DNA from: an uncultured Clostridia bacterium
GTDB taxonomy: Bacteria; Bacillota; Clostridia; TANB77; CAG-508
Assembly: GCA_947589645.1 (NCBI GenBank)
Contig: CANQCG010000001.1
Location: 19,179 to 83,178 of the forward strand
Reading direction: 5' to 3'
Length of the DNA: 64,000 bases
The stretch's first letter is position 1, and each line of letters begins with the position of its first letter. The notes under the pieces were generated by a model. That model ran no database searches. It saw only the letters and a program-made list of their open reading frames with translations, and was not told where the DNA came from. The translations under genes and the position numbers were made by a program. Below, one piece after another: positions 18,989 to 30,235 of this stretch.

Positions 18989-21900
18989 AACACGAAGGAA
19001 ACTATTAGCAGTATTAGCTGTAACTCTAATTGTTATGGGATTACTAATTGGTAAAGTGTCTGCGGATTATGCGTTACCATGGGATGATGGCAACGGGATC
19101 TATTATAATCAAGCGGACTTTGGAGTAGATTATACTAAAACTGTAGATGGTCATGGACGTATATATATTTGGCAAGCTGGAAAAAACCTCCAAGATACAT
19201 GGCAACAATGGTCAATAGGACGACATGCTGCTATGACAGCCTGGACAGATAACTACATGGAGGATAATAGTTTAAAAAATAGCGCTGGCGTTTCATTGAG
19301 AAGGTATGCAAATGCAACAAAAGATGCAGATGGCAATTATGATGGTTATTATCGAACTAAGAGTGGTAGGTATGTATATGATTATTATGGATCATTTTTC
19401 CAACAACTGTTTAATAAAGATATATACTGTGCACAACAAGGACAGACATTAACTAGAAATGGTGTATGGGAATTAAAGTATAAGATTAAGATTGGAATAG
19501 ATGGCACTACTAAAGAACCTAAAATTACTGAAGCTATTAAAAAAGGTAATGGAGAAATAGTTGATCCAAAGTATACTGATGCAAATTTACCATACAACAC
19601 AACTGCAAATGCAACAAGAGCAAATAAAATTCTTATAGAATTAGTAAAAGAAGGAAAGGCACACGAAACAACCAGAAAAAGAACAATAGCTTCTGTTATA
19701 CATCAAGATATTTATCAACATGCAATATGGCAATATTTTGATCAGTGGAGAGATATTGTTTTTGGAACAGGTGTAATACCTGAGATAACAAAACCAGGAA
19801 CATATAAACATGAGGACTCTGGAACACAGTCAGGCTATGAACACGATGACAATTATGATGCCGGAGAAGAAATATTAGATGAAATAATTCGTCGAGTAGA
19901 TAATGGTATGACAAATTATGGACAACCTTATATTAATAGAGAAGATACTCAGGAAGATAGGTTAAAAACAACTGTTGATGGAACATATACAATTTTAGGA
20001 CCATTTAATTATACTTTTAATGGTAACATTTCATCAATTGATGTGTCTTATAATCAAAATGCTGACTACGAAACAAATAAAACATTTGGAACATTTGTAG
20101 GAAATACCTTTAAAAGCAAAAATATGTCAGACATAACCAGTGGAAATGACTTTTATGTTAGAATACCTACTGCAAACTTATCAGCACACAAAAAAATTTA
20201 TCTTAAAATAAAAGTAACGAATAATAATGTACCAAATGAAACAGCTATATACATATTTACAAATGATACCCAACAAACAATGGCATATATTGATCAAGAC
20301 TATATATCTGGTTCAGCAGAAAGTACAGAAGAATATATTTATGGAATAGAGCAATCAGTATCAATAATAAAGAAAAATGAAGCTGATTTACCTGTAGCAA
20401 ATATTATATTTGATATATATGATGGTAGCACTTATGTTGGAAGCTTGACTACAAGTAAAGAAGGAACAACAAAAACAATAGATCTAGAACCAGACAAAAA
20501 ATATACATTAAAAGAGAGATCTAATAGTGAATATGGATATAAAAACGCAAATATTGCATCTGCAACCATAACAAATGGAAAAATAACAGTATTGTCAGAT
20601 GGAACTGCTGAATTTACTATAACTAATAATAGTGTAATTACCATAAAAAATGAACCACAATTAGGAAATATTACAATCAAAAAGGTAGGAGAATCTGGAA
20701 AAGGATTAGCAAATGCAGAGTTTATAATTTGGAATGGATATGGTTACTTACAATTATTTACAAGTAGCGGAAGCGTTAGTAGTATAAATAAAAATGTAAC
20801 TATAAGCAAATCAAATACAGCAAGTGCATCAGAGTATAAGGCTGATTTCTCTTCTACTGAAAGAAATAAAGCAACGAGATTTGTAACAAATTCATCAGGA
20901 GAAATAGTAATTAACAATTTGGAAATATATTCAGGCAAAGGAACAACATATCCTTATACAATAGAAGAAATAGGCAACAATAATTACGGATATAGAGGAT
21001 TAGTATTGACAAATGCAACAGTTAGTGGAGCAACAAAAGATTCTGTAGATACAGACAAAAGACAAGTAAAAATATCAAATATAGGTAATAACAGTGTAAT
21101 TACGATAGAAAACTCAGAAGAATTAGTAAACATACATTTGAAAAAACAAGGAGATAATAAGAAAGATTTAAGTGATGTAGAATTTGTAGTAAAAAGAGAA
21201 GGAAATAATTCTTCAAACACAGGTTATTTAAGACTTAACAGTTCTACAGGACCTATAACAACTCAAAATTCAGGCCTAGATGTAAGAAAATATACAATAG
21301 ATTATGTAACTGATATAAACCAAGCAACCAGATTTAAGACAAATGAATCAGGAAATATAGTTATAAATGGCTTAGAAAAATACGAGTCTAAAGGAATAAA
21401 ATATACTTACAAAATCAAAGAAATAGCTAATAGTAATTACGGATATAACGGAATGATTTTAGAAAGTACAACAGATACAAAAGAAGCAAAAATAACAGAT
21501 GATATTAAAAATAGAGAAATTACTATTAAAAATTCAGAAGATGATGTAGAGTTAACAATAAACAACAAATCAGCTTTAGGAAATCTAGAACTTATAAAAG
21601 TAGATGAAGATTCACCATCTATAGTATTAGAAGGAGTTCAATTTAAAGTAACAAAAGATGGAAAATATCTACAACTTAAAAATAATAAGGACGAAGTACA
21701 ATCTACAGTAAAAGGAACAGTTACTATAAATAAAAATAATCAAGCAAATAATACAGAATATAAAGTAGAATATATAAATGATGCTAGCAAAGCAACAATA
21801 TTTGAAACAGGAGCAGACGGAAAAATAACCATAAACAATCTTGAAGTATATTCAGGAGTAAATTCAGCACAAAACCCAATACAATGCACATATGTATTTG

Positions 21901-24900
21901 AAGAGGTAGCTAACCCTATTTATGGTTATGTAATTGGACCAAATATAAGTGTAACAATAAAGCCAGATGTATTAAATAAAATAACTGCAACAAACAAGCA
22001 AAAATATATCAAATTAACAGGTTATGCATGGCTAGAGAAGCAAAATATAGACAAAGATAAAAAGTATAATTTGAGATATATAGAAGGTACAGGAAGCGTT
22101 GATAAAAAACTAAAAGACCTTTATAAATATGAAGGCGGAAAATTAGTAATAAATCCAGAAGCTGAGATACCAGTACAAATAAAATTAATACAGAAGAGTA
22201 CAGGAGCAGAAATAAAATCAAGCCCGGATGAGTTTGATTCAGATGGAAAATATACATTTACGAATGTAGAAACAGATAATCTTGCAGATTACGAAATACA
22301 ATTTGTATATAATGGCTTCTATTATACAACAATAAATGCAATAATATTTGAAAATGATGGTTCTATAGCCGAAAACACTTCAAAAGTTGCAGAAGATGCT
22401 CGTGATAGAGCGGACTTAAATAATAAATTTGGAGAGATAAATAAAGAGGGAATGACCTCAGTAGATGGAAAAAATAATTATGCAGTTAGCTATGAAAAAG
22501 TAGAAAATCAATCATATTTGAAAGGTTTTGACTTTAGCACAAATGTAAGAGCTACTACTACATTGGCTGGATATGATATGAATACAATTTATAGAGATTT
22601 AAAACAAAAAGGTCTAACAGATAGCATTAATTATATTAATTTAGGAATACTTGAAAAAGACCAACCAAGCATATCAATAAGCAGTGATATTAATAATGTA
22701 TTGGTAAACTTTGAAGGAAAAAGTTACAATTATGATTACGAACTAAGAAGAGAATATAGAGAAAGACATAGTGAAGAAGAAGTAGGCGTAAAATTCGAAG
22801 AAAAGAAAGTAACAAGATATACAAGAACAATGTATGCATCAGATATAGAAGCAATAGCAAAAGATGAGCATAAACCAATAGAAGTATTAATAACATATAA
22901 GATAACAATATCAAATCTTTCTTCAACATTAGAAGGAAAGACATCTACATTACGAGTAAATCCAATACAATTAAAGAATTACTTTGATAACAGGTATACA
23001 GTAGTGGCAGTAAGCCACAAGTTCGACAATAATCAAGCTAGTAAAACAGAAGAAAATTATGCAACTACAGAGCTAGAAAATACTACAGCAACAGTAGATG
23101 GTAGTTCAGATACTGTAGATTTTAAAACTATAGCAATAGACTATAATACATGGCTTAACCCAGGTGAAGTAGATAGCTTGTATATAACATTTGATGTGGA
23201 AAGACAAGCAATAGTTGACTTGTTAGATGAAAAATCTACATACCATAATGCAACAGAAATAGCAAAATATAAAACTGCATATGGTGATACAACTGGAAAA
23301 CAAGACAATAACTATATAATAACAGATCATACAGAAGCAGGAAGTATATATGCAGGTATAAATGCAGGATGTGCACCAGATAATATAGAATTGAAATTAA
23401 AAGATCATGAAAGTGGAGACGGAACAAAAATTTTCGAAACATCTGGATATGAACTTGATACAACATCATCACCATCATTAGTATTAGAAGCAAGTGATAC
23501 AGCAAGACAACTTGCAGGATCAATATGGGAAGATACAGATGATAATACATCAGATAACGAAAGACTAGGAAACGGAAAAATAGATACAAATGAAAAACCA
23601 ATAGCAGATGTTGTTGTGACATTACATAAGGTAAATGAAGATGGAACAATTAGCAAAGAACCAGCAATGTATTCTGATGGAATAACCAAGGCAGAAACAC
23701 GTACAGATCAACAAGGAAGATATGTATTTGGTTATGTAAAAGAAGAAGCTGGAAACAGAGAATATATAGGAGTATTGCCAGGCAATTATGTAGTTAAGTA
23801 TACATATAATGGTGAATCATATATTCATGATGCAGCAACAGGAAATAATACTTATATAGACGCTAATTACTATAAATCAACAATAATAACATCAACTGTT
23901 ATAGAAAATGCAATTGAAAACGAAGATATAACATATGAAGGAGTTACATACCCAACACGAAGATGGTATTTAATTAAAGAAGCAGATAGATATTCTGATG
24001 CAATAGATAATATGGATTTAAGAAAAGACTTAAATAACAACCCTGTAACAAATAAAACATATAATGAAAAATCAACGATAATAACATCAATGGATGCATA
24101 TACACCAGTTATGGATATAGGTATAGAATATACTAAAGATGATTCAGCAGAAGCAGTACAATTAGACAACGCAGGAGAAGTTGAAATAATAACATTTGTA
24201 GCTAATTGGGAAAATGTAGACTTTGGTATAATTAAGAGACCAATAATAGATATAACAATAGAAAAAGAAATAACAGGAATGCAAATAGTAGCACAAAATG
24301 GAGGAAATATTGTACCAAAAGGAAATCCTCAGGATGGCGGAATGAGATACATCAAAGCAGTAGGCAAACTAGTTTCTGGAGAAATAGATTTAAAATTATT
24401 GCAAGGCGCAAAATTAAATGAAGAATATACAGTTACTGTTGACAATAACTGCGAAGATGACTACTTAACAGATGGATATTATATTTACGGAAGAGATAAA
24501 AATACTCCAAGAGATTCAAAAGCAATCTTAGTAGTAGATTATCTTGATAGTACAATGTTATTAGATACAGAACAAGATAATAGTGCATGGGAAGAGAAAG
24601 ATGTACAATACCTAGTAGATAATGGACTTATAGAAGAAGGTGGAGATGTACATAGAGATTTACAATCTGGTGATTACAGAATATATGTAACACAAGAATT
24701 TGAAACTAAGGATGAAATAAAATTATATACAACAAGATATTTGGCAACAACAACAAATGATATTGTTGAAGAGAACAGAGTAGAAATAGTAGAACTAAAT
24801 GGAGGAAGAACAATAGAACGTTCAGTGCCAGGAAACTACATACCAAAAGAATCTAATCCTGATGATCCAGGAGAACCAGATGATTCTAGTGTTAAATTAA

Positions 24901-25019
24901 TAATCACACCACCAACTGGAAGCACAGTAAATAATGTACCATATCTAATAGCAGCAACAGTAACCTTTACGATACTAGTATTAGGAATAGTAGTAATCAA
25001 AAAGAGAATTGTTAAATAA
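18975..25019 (+). CDS. giant surface adhesin B1. It has a signal peptide, a thioester-domain-like N-terminal region, multiple SpaA/CnaB-type prealbumin-fold domains and a C-terminal PPTG sortase-type sorting signal.
   Basis: The start overlaps the A1 stop by 14 nt and follows AAAGGAGGA. Cys152 sits in IYCAQQGQ and Gln248 in YQHAIWQY, matching the TQxA(I/V)W pattern. Repeated LANAEFIIW / LSDVEFVVK / LEGVQFKVTKDG blocks are seen. The C-terminus is ITPPTGS followed by a hydrophobic stretch and KKRIVK. Confidence 0.85.
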   Translation: MQKNKTRRKLLAVLAVTLIVMGLLIGKVSADYALPWDDGNGIYYNQADFGVDYTKTVDGHGRIYIWQAGKNLQDTWQQWSIGRHAAMTAWTDNYMEDNSLKNSAGVSLRRYANATKDADGNYDGYYRTKSGRYVYDYYGSFFQQLFNKDIYCAQQGQTLTRNGVWELKYKIKIGIDGTTKEPKITEAIKKGNGEIVDPKYTDANLPYNTTANATRANKILIELVKEGKAHETTRKRTIASVIHQDIYQHAIWQYFDQWRDIVFGTGVIPEITKPGTYKHEDSGTQSGYEHDDNYDAGEEILDEIIRRVDNGMTNYGQPYINREDTQEDRLKTTVDGTYTILGPFNYTFNGNISSIDVSYNQNADYETNKTFGTFVGNTFKSKNMSDITSGNDFYVRIPTANLSAHKKIYLKIKVTNNNVPNETAIYIFTNDTQQTMAYIDQDYISGSAESTEEYIYGIEQSVSIIKKNEADLPVANIIFDIYDGSTYVGSLTTSKEGTTKTIDLEPDKKYTLKERSNSEYGYKNANIASATITNGKITVLSDGTAEFTITNNSVITIKNEPQLGNITIKKVGESGKGLANAEFIIWNGYGYLQLFTSSGSVSSINKNVTISKSNTASASEYKADFSSTERNKATRFVTNSSGEIVINNLEIYSGKGTTYPYTIEEIGNNNYGYRGLVLTNATVSGATKDSVDTDKRQVKISNIGNNSVITIENSEELVNIHLKKQGDNKKDLSDVEFVVKREGNNSSNTGYLRLNSSTGPITTQNSGLDVRKYTIDYVTDINQATRFKTNESGNIVINGLEKYESKGIKYTYKIKEIANSNYGYNGMILESTTDTKEAKITDDIKNREITIKNSEDDVELTINNKSALGNLELIKVDEDSPSIVLEGVQFKVTKDGKYLQLKNNKDEVQSTVKGTVTINKNNQANNTEYKVEYINDASKATIFETGADGKITINNLEVYSGVNSAQNPIQCTYVFEEVANPIYGYVIGPNISVTIKPDVLNKITATNKQKYIKLTGYAWLEKQNIDKDKKYNLRYIEGTGSVDKKLKDLYKYEGGKLVINPEAEIPVQIKLIQKSTGAEIKSSPDEFDSDGKYTFTNVETDNLADYEIQFVYNGFYYTTINAIIFENDGSIAENTSKVAEDARDRADLNNKFGEINKEGMTSVDGKNNYAVSYEKVENQSYLKGFDFSTNVRATTTLAGYDMNTIYRDLKQKGLTDSINYINLGILEKDQPSISISSDINNVLVNFEGKSYNYDYELRREYRERHSEEEVGVKFEEKKVTRYTRTMYASDIEAIAKDEHKPIEVLITYKITISNLSSTLEGKTSTLRVNPIQLKNYFDNRYTVVAVSHKFDNNQASKTEENYATTELENTTATVDGSSDTVDFKTIAIDYNTWLNPGEVDSLYITFDVERQAIVDLLDEKSTYHNATEIAKYKTAYGDTTGKQDNNYIITDHTEAGSIYAGINAGCAPDNIELKLKDHESGDGTKIFETSGYELDTTSSPSLVLEASDTARQLAGSIWEDTDDNTSDNERLGNGKIDTNEKPIADVVVTLHKVNEDGTISKEPAMYSDGITKAETRTDQQGRYVFGYVKEEAGNREYIGVLPGNYVVKYTYNGESYIHDAATGNNTYIDANYYKSTIITSTVIENAIENEDITYEGVTYPTRRWYLIKEADRYSDAIDNMDLRKDLNNNPVTNKTYNEKSTIITSMDAYTPVMDIGIEYTKDDSAEAVQLDNAGEVEIITFVANWENVDFGIIKRPIIDITIEKEITGMQIVAQNGGNIVPKGNPQDGGMRYIKAVGKLVSGEIDLKLLQGAKLNEEYTVTVDNNCEDDYLTDGYYIYGRDKNTPRDSKAILVVDYLDSTMLLDTEQDNSAWEEKDVQYLVDNGLIEEGGDVHRDLQSGDYRIYVTQEFETKDEIKLYTTRYLATTTNDIVEENRVEIVELNGGRTIERSVPGNYIPKESNPDDPGEPDDSSVKLIITPPTGSTVNNVPYLIAATVTFTILVLGIVVIKKRIVK

Positions 25020-25024
25020 TCAAA

Positions 25025-25060
25025 ATAAGAAAATGGGCTAGCCCATTTTCTTATTTTTTG
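25025..25060 (+). terminator. rho-independent terminator after B1
   Basis: Stem ATAAGAAAATGGGC / GCCCATTTTCTTAT, followed by TTTTTTG. Confidence 0.7.
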
Positions 25061-25209
25061 CCTATAAAAAGCAAATAAAAACCGAATTTAAGTAATATAT
25101 TTATAAAGATTTTATATTGTAATTTATAAAAGTTTTCAAAATGATTTATAACCATTGCTGAAAGTATGATAAAATACGCAAAAAATGATGTAAAAAATTG
25201 CTAAAATTG

Positions 25210-25238
25210 TTGAAAAATGTTTGAAAAAGTGCTATAAT
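25210..25238 (+). promoter_or_regulatory. sigma-A-type promoter with an extended -10 for the A2-B2 operon (TTGAAA - 17 nt - TGcTATAAT)
   Basis: The -35 is at 25210..25215 and the TGn-extended -10 at 25230..25238, about 55 nt upstream of the A2 start. Confidence 0.55.
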
Positions 25239-25291
25239 CAAATTATTGAGGAGTATTATAAATATCAATAAAAAATAATGGAGGAATAGTT

Positions 25292-28200
25292 ATGAAAAAC
25301 AAAGTATTAAGGATAAGCATAGCAATATTATTAATAATTGCAATGACAATATCTGATTTTGCATTTTTAGGTATGAATATAATAGCTTATGCTGCTGGAA
25401 ACGCAAGCGATTCAACAAATCATGAAAATGTAAAATTTGCTACGTATTTCAAAACAGACAAAGGAGAAAAAGTATCTGAAATTAAATATAACATAGATGA
25501 TACTAATATGAAACTATATATGGAAGTAGCAGTACAAAAACAAGGGTACTTTGATGGAGTAATAACTTTAAATAATAGCAACTTCAATATAAAACCACAA
25601 GTTTTAACTGATTCTATTAGCAAAATCGAAAACAATACTATAACTTTAAATCGTATTACTGCTGGTAATACAGCAAAGATTGAGTTATCTATAGAACCAA
25701 TAACAGTTGAAGACTATAATTTAAATTTATTAAATATGCAAAGCAATATAGCATTATCTGGAACATATAAAGATAGCACTGAAAAAGACATAAATATAAA
25801 AGCAGAAAAATCAGTGTCTTTAAATTTGGTAGCTCCAGAAAATTTGAGTACTAGCTTAGAAGCTAAATTAATAACTAATAGAATATATAAAATAGGCGAA
25901 GAAAGTAAAAGATTAGTACAAATTGAAGTAAAATCATCTGTTGTAGAAAGCGCTTTTCCAATAAAATCTTCTAGATTTGTAATAGAAGCTATACCAGGTT
26001 TAGAAAGTGTTCAAGTTTTATCAAAAGGAACTTATGCAACAAATGGTAAAGCTGAACAATTACTAGAATCTAATAGTTATCAATATGATTCTAATAATAA
26101 TACCGTATCTTTTACAATAGAAAACCAAGCTAATAATGGCAAAATATCTTGGAAAAAGGGTGGAGTAGACACTATAATAGTTACCTTTGTATTAGATGAT
26201 GAAGCTAACCTTCCAGAAAAAGAATATACAGTTAATTCATTAGTATCTTTTTACGGAGAATCAGAAAAAAAGATAGAAAACAATAAAACTTATACATTAC
26301 AAGAAGCAGATGGAATACTTAAAACAACAGTAACAAATGAAGAAACATATATGTATAAAGGTAAAATATATTCAAAACAAGAAAGAGAGTATAATACAAC
26401 AACAAATATAGAAGTTAACTATGCAAATTTAGCAAAAAATATACAAATTAATCAAACCACAGTATATGAAACAGAAGCAAACGAAAAAGCTTCAAATATA
26501 GAATATAAAACAACAACAATTTCTAAAGCAGAGCTTGAAAAAATATTAGGGTCTCAAGGGAAAATTACAATTAAAGATCAAAATGGCAATGTTATTAGAG
26601 AAATAACAGCAAGTTCAGAAGCAGACCAAAATGGAAATTTTGTTATAAATTATGCAGGAGGAGTAAAATCATTAAATATAGAAATGACAACACCTGTAAA
26701 TGTAGGAATACTTAGATTATCACATACAAAAGTAATAAAACCAGAAAATTATTCTAGAGCAGATATACAAGCATTTAATTCTTTAAACGAAAAAGTTGTA
26801 ACAAAATACAATTCTACTGCAAATGATACAACTGAAAATTTGGCAGAATACGAATATACAAGAAAAATGGGCTTAAATGAAACAAAAACACAAGTTGATG
26901 TAACAGTAGAACCAAGAACATTATCTACGGTTGCAACAAATGAACAAGTAAAAATAGCAATGACTTTAAGAACAAATGAGGAAAGATATGATTTATTTAA
27001 AAATCCTACCTTAACAATAAAACTACCAGACAGTGTAAAAGATGTTTCGAATATGACAGTAACACCACTATATTTAGATGGTTTTGAAATTCAAAGTAAT
27101 CAATATTTACCAGAAACTAGAGAAATAAAACTAGTACTTAAGGGTGAAAATCTACAATATACAACAAGCAATACACAAGGTTATATAGAAATACTTGCAG
27201 ATATAGATTTAGAAGAAACAACGCCAAATGGTCTAGATAAAATATCTCTTACTTATACTAACGAAAATGCAAGTACATATGATAATGACGGAAAAAAAGA
27301 AGTTACAGTACAAATATCAGGTTTAGCTGGCCTAATTGCTTATAACAATATAATATCAGAAAATATAAAGACAAACTCTTTCTTAACAACAGAAGAAAAA
27401 TTAGCAAATTTACCAGTTAATGCAGGAACAAAAAGATTGAGTTTCCAAACAATTTTATTAAATAACTCAGCATCAGCAATAACAAGCGTAACAGTAAAAG
27501 GTGTATTACCTTTAAAGGGAAAAACCGAGCTAGGAGAAAATAATATAGATAGTTCTTTAACTTCTAAAATTTTAGTAAACAACCCAGATGCAAAAGTTTA
27601 TTATACATCAAATGGAGAAGCGACTACAGATTTAGCTAATGAAAGTAATGGATGGAATGAAGATATAAATTCAGTTCAAAATCCGGTACTATATATGATA
27701 ATAATACCAGAAATTGCTTCAAGACAAAGAGTAGAAGCAACATATGAAATACAAATACCAGCAAGGCTAGAATATAATAAAACACTTAAAACATCATATA
27801 CTGTAGATTATTTGACTGACCAAGGACAAAGAAGAGTAGTATCAGCAGTAGTAGGGGCTACAACAGGAGTAGGCGCAGATTTAGTAGCAACATTAAATGC
27901 AACAGTAGGTGCAGATATACTAAATGAACAAAGTACAGTAAAAGCTGGAGAAGTAATTGAATATACAATGTCTGTTACAAATAAAGGAAATGCAGAAGCA
28001 CATAATGTAAAAATTGTGGGCTTAGTTCCTGAGGGAACAGTATATGTAAAACCAATGGAAGACTTTGTATATGCAAACCCTGTAAGTTTATATTATGATG
28101 AATTTGAAGATATAAAACAAATAGAGCAAATATTTGATAATATAGGTATAGGAGAAACAAAAACAGTAGTATATGAAGTAAGAGTAAAGTCAGATACAAC

Positions 28201-30217
28201 ATCAGGAGTAGCAGCAAATAAAGTAACTGCTACGGCTGATAATGCAATAGAAGTTTCATCAAATGAAATGTCTAATAAATTAGAAGCTGGTAACATTAGA
28301 GTAACAGTAAAAAGAAGAACAGATTTATCAGTTATACCAGTAAATAAGCAAATGATTCGTTATTTTGCTATAGTAGAAAATATATCAAATTCAGAAGCTA
28401 AAAATGTTGAATTACAATTAAATATACCAGAAGAGCTTAACTTGATACAAATAGATGATTCTTCAAATGGAGAAATAACTGAATCAGAATCTAAAATAAC
28501 TATTGATTCAATACCAGCAGGACAATCAAGAGTGTATGAGTTATATACCCAATTAAAAGATATTGAAGAATTAGAAAAATTACTTAATATTAATGCTATA
28601 GCAACATATAATGGTAGCCAATATAGATCAAATGCTTATAAAGAGATGGCTTATGGTTATGATGTTAAAATTACTATGACAGGAACACATGAGGGAGAAT
28701 ATTTAAAACCAGGAGATGTAATAGATTTTGATATAACCGTTATAAACAATTCGAAAGTATCATTGTCAGGTTATACAGTAGAAAGTACAATACCAGAGCA
28801 GTTATCAATAGAAAAAATACAAGTTGATAATATAGAACAAACTGTATTAGATCCAAACTATTTCACGATACAAGTAGGAGGATTAGAGGCAGGAAAGAGC
28901 ACAATAATAAAAATAACAGCAACAGTTAGAAATTCTTTAGATAGAAGCGAGGTAGAAAAAATTTCTACAGTAGCAAATTTAATGTATGCTGGTGAAATTG
29001 TACAAACTACAGAGCCACCAATAGTTCATTTCTTAGAGGCTATTAATGAGCAACAACCAGACATACCAGATTTACCAGAGAATCCAGACAACCCAGATAA
29101 TCCACCAGTAGATCCAGATGACCCAGACAATCCACCAATAGATCCAGATGATCCAGATAACCCACCAGTAAATCCTGAAAAGAATAAGTATAATATTTCA
29201 GGAAAAGCATGGGTAGACCAAGATAAAAATGGACATTTAGATAATAATGATACAATCTTATCAAATATAGTTGTTAGATTACTAAACATAGAAACAAATG
29301 AATTTGTACGCAATGATGACGGTAATAAAGACTTAACAGTAACTACAGACAAAGAAGGATTTTATAGCTTCGAAGGAATTGAAGAAGGAAAATATATAGT
29401 AGTATTTGAATATGATAATACATTATATAAACCAACCATGTACCAAAAATATGGCGTAGAAGAAAGTAAAAATTCAAATGTTGCATCAAAGACATTATCA
29501 ATAAATGGAGAAGAAAAAGAATATGCAACCACAGATGAATTAGAGTTAAATAAAAATATATCTAATATAAATTTAGGGCTAGTATTTATAAAACAATTTG
29601 ATATACAAATAGATAAATATGTAAGCAAAATAATAGTTCAAACAAGTAATGAAACAAGAACTTATGAGTACAATAATCAAGCAGAATTAGCAAGAGTAGA
29701 AATTTCAGCTAGAAGAATTGTGGGAGCAACAATAATTGTACAATATACTATAAAAGCAACAAACTTAGGGGATGTAGATGCTTATATTAATAGCTTAGTA
29801 GATTATGCACCAAATAGTTTAAAATTCAGCTCAGAATTAAATACTGATTGGTATGAATCAGAAGGCAATTTATATACAAATAGTTTAGCAAAAACAGCAA
29901 TAGCACCAGGACAAAGTAAAGAAGTAACATTAACATTAACTCAAACTAAAACAGATGGAAATGCAGAACTTATAAACAATACTGCAGAGATTCAAGAAGC
30001 TTATAATATATATGGAATTGCAGATATGAATTCAACTCAAGCAAATAAAAACTTAGATGAAAATGATTTAGGTTCAGCAGATGTACTTGTAAGTATACAA
30101 ACGGGTAGTGCATTTAATTATATTACATTAGTAATATCAATGCTTGCAGTAATTGGAGTTGGAGTATATTTAATAAATAAGAAAATATTACATTTTCATT
30201 TGCGTTGGAAATTTTAG
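25292..30217 (+). CDS. giant surface protein A2, a paralogue of A1 with the same DUF11 / linker / SdrD-B-like / SIQTG-TM architecture
   Basis: The N-terminus MKNKVLRISIAILLIIAMTISDFAFLGMNIIAYA parallels A1. DUF11 block VKAGEVIEYTMSVTNKGNAEAHNVKIVGLVPEGTVY, linker PDNPDNPPVDPDDPDNPPIDPDDPDNPPVNP and SdrD-B-like SGKAWVDQDKNGHLDNND... are present. The C-terminus is ...VLVSIQTGSAFNYITLVISMLAVIGVGVYLINKK. Confidence 0.85.
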   Translation: MKNKVLRISIAILLIIAMTISDFAFLGMNIIAYAAGNASDSTNHENVKFATYFKTDKGEKVSEIKYNIDDTNMKLYMEVAVQKQGYFDGVITLNNSNFNIKPQVLTDSISKIENNTITLNRITAGNTAKIELSIEPITVEDYNLNLLNMQSNIALSGTYKDSTEKDINIKAEKSVSLNLVAPENLSTSLEAKLITNRIYKIGEESKRLVQIEVKSSVVESAFPIKSSRFVIEAIPGLESVQVLSKGTYATNGKAEQLLESNSYQYDSNNNTVSFTIENQANNGKISWKKGGVDTIIVTFVLDDEANLPEKEYTVNSLVSFYGESEKKIENNKTYTLQEADGILKTTVTNEETYMYKGKIYSKQEREYNTTTNIEVNYANLAKNIQINQTTVYETEANEKASNIEYKTTTISKAELEKILGSQGKITIKDQNGNVIREITASSEADQNGNFVINYAGGVKSLNIEMTTPVNVGILRLSHTKVIKPENYSRADIQAFNSLNEKVVTKYNSTANDTTENLAEYEYTRKMGLNETKTQVDVTVEPRTLSTVATNEQVKIAMTLRTNEERYDLFKNPTLTIKLPDSVKDVSNMTVTPLYLDGFEIQSNQYLPETREIKLVLKGENLQYTTSNTQGYIEILADIDLEETTPNGLDKISLTYTNENASTYDNDGKKEVTVQISGLAGLIAYNNIISENIKTNSFLTTEEKLANLPVNAGTKRLSFQTILLNNSASAITSVTVKGVLPLKGKTELGENNIDSSLTSKILVNNPDAKVYYTSNGEATTDLANESNGWNEDINSVQNPVLYMIIIPEIASRQRVEATYEIQIPARLEYNKTLKTSYTVDYLTDQGQRRVVSAVVGATTGVGADLVATLNATVGADILNEQSTVKAGEVIEYTMSVTNKGNAEAHNVKIVGLVPEGTVYVKPMEDFVYANPVSLYYDEFEDIKQIEQIFDNIGIGETKTVVYEVRVKSDTTSGVAANKVTATADNAIEVSSNEMSNKLEAGNIRVTVKRRTDLSVIPVNKQMIRYFAIVENISNSEAKNVELQLNIPEELNLIQIDDSSNGEITESESKITIDSIPAGQSRVYELYTQLKDIEELEKLLNINAIATYNGSQYRSNAYKEMAYGYDVKITMTGTHEGEYLKPGDVIDFDITVINNSKVSLSGYTVESTIPEQLSIEKIQVDNIEQTVLDPNYFTIQVGGLEAGKSTIIKITATVRNSLDRSEVEKISTVANLMYAGEIVQTTEPPIVHFLEAINEQQPDIPDLPENPDNPDNPPVDPDDPDNPPIDPDDPDNPPVNPEKNKYNISGKAWVDQDKNGHLDNNDTILSNIVVRLLNIETNEFVRNDDGNKDLTVTTDKEGFYSFEGIEEGKYIVVFEYDNTLYKPTMYQKYGVEESKNSNVASKTLSINGEEKEYATTDELELNKNISNINLGLVFIKQFDIQIDKYVSKIIVQTSNETRTYEYNNQAELARVEISARRIVGATIIVQYTIKATNLGDVDAYINSLVDYAPNSLKFSSELNTDWYESEGNLYTNSLAKTAIAPGQSKEVTLTLTQTKTDGNAELINNTAEIQEAYNIYGIADMNSTQANKNLDENDLGSADVLVSIQTGSAFNYITLVISMLAVIGVGVYLINKKILHFHLRWKF
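29063..29175 (+). repeat. tandem short codon repeats encoding the Pro/Asp linker of A2
   Basis: Reiterated cca gac aac cca gat aat cca cca gta gat units are seen directly. Confidence 0.65.
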
Positions 30218-30235
30218 AGGAAAGGAGGGAAAAAT

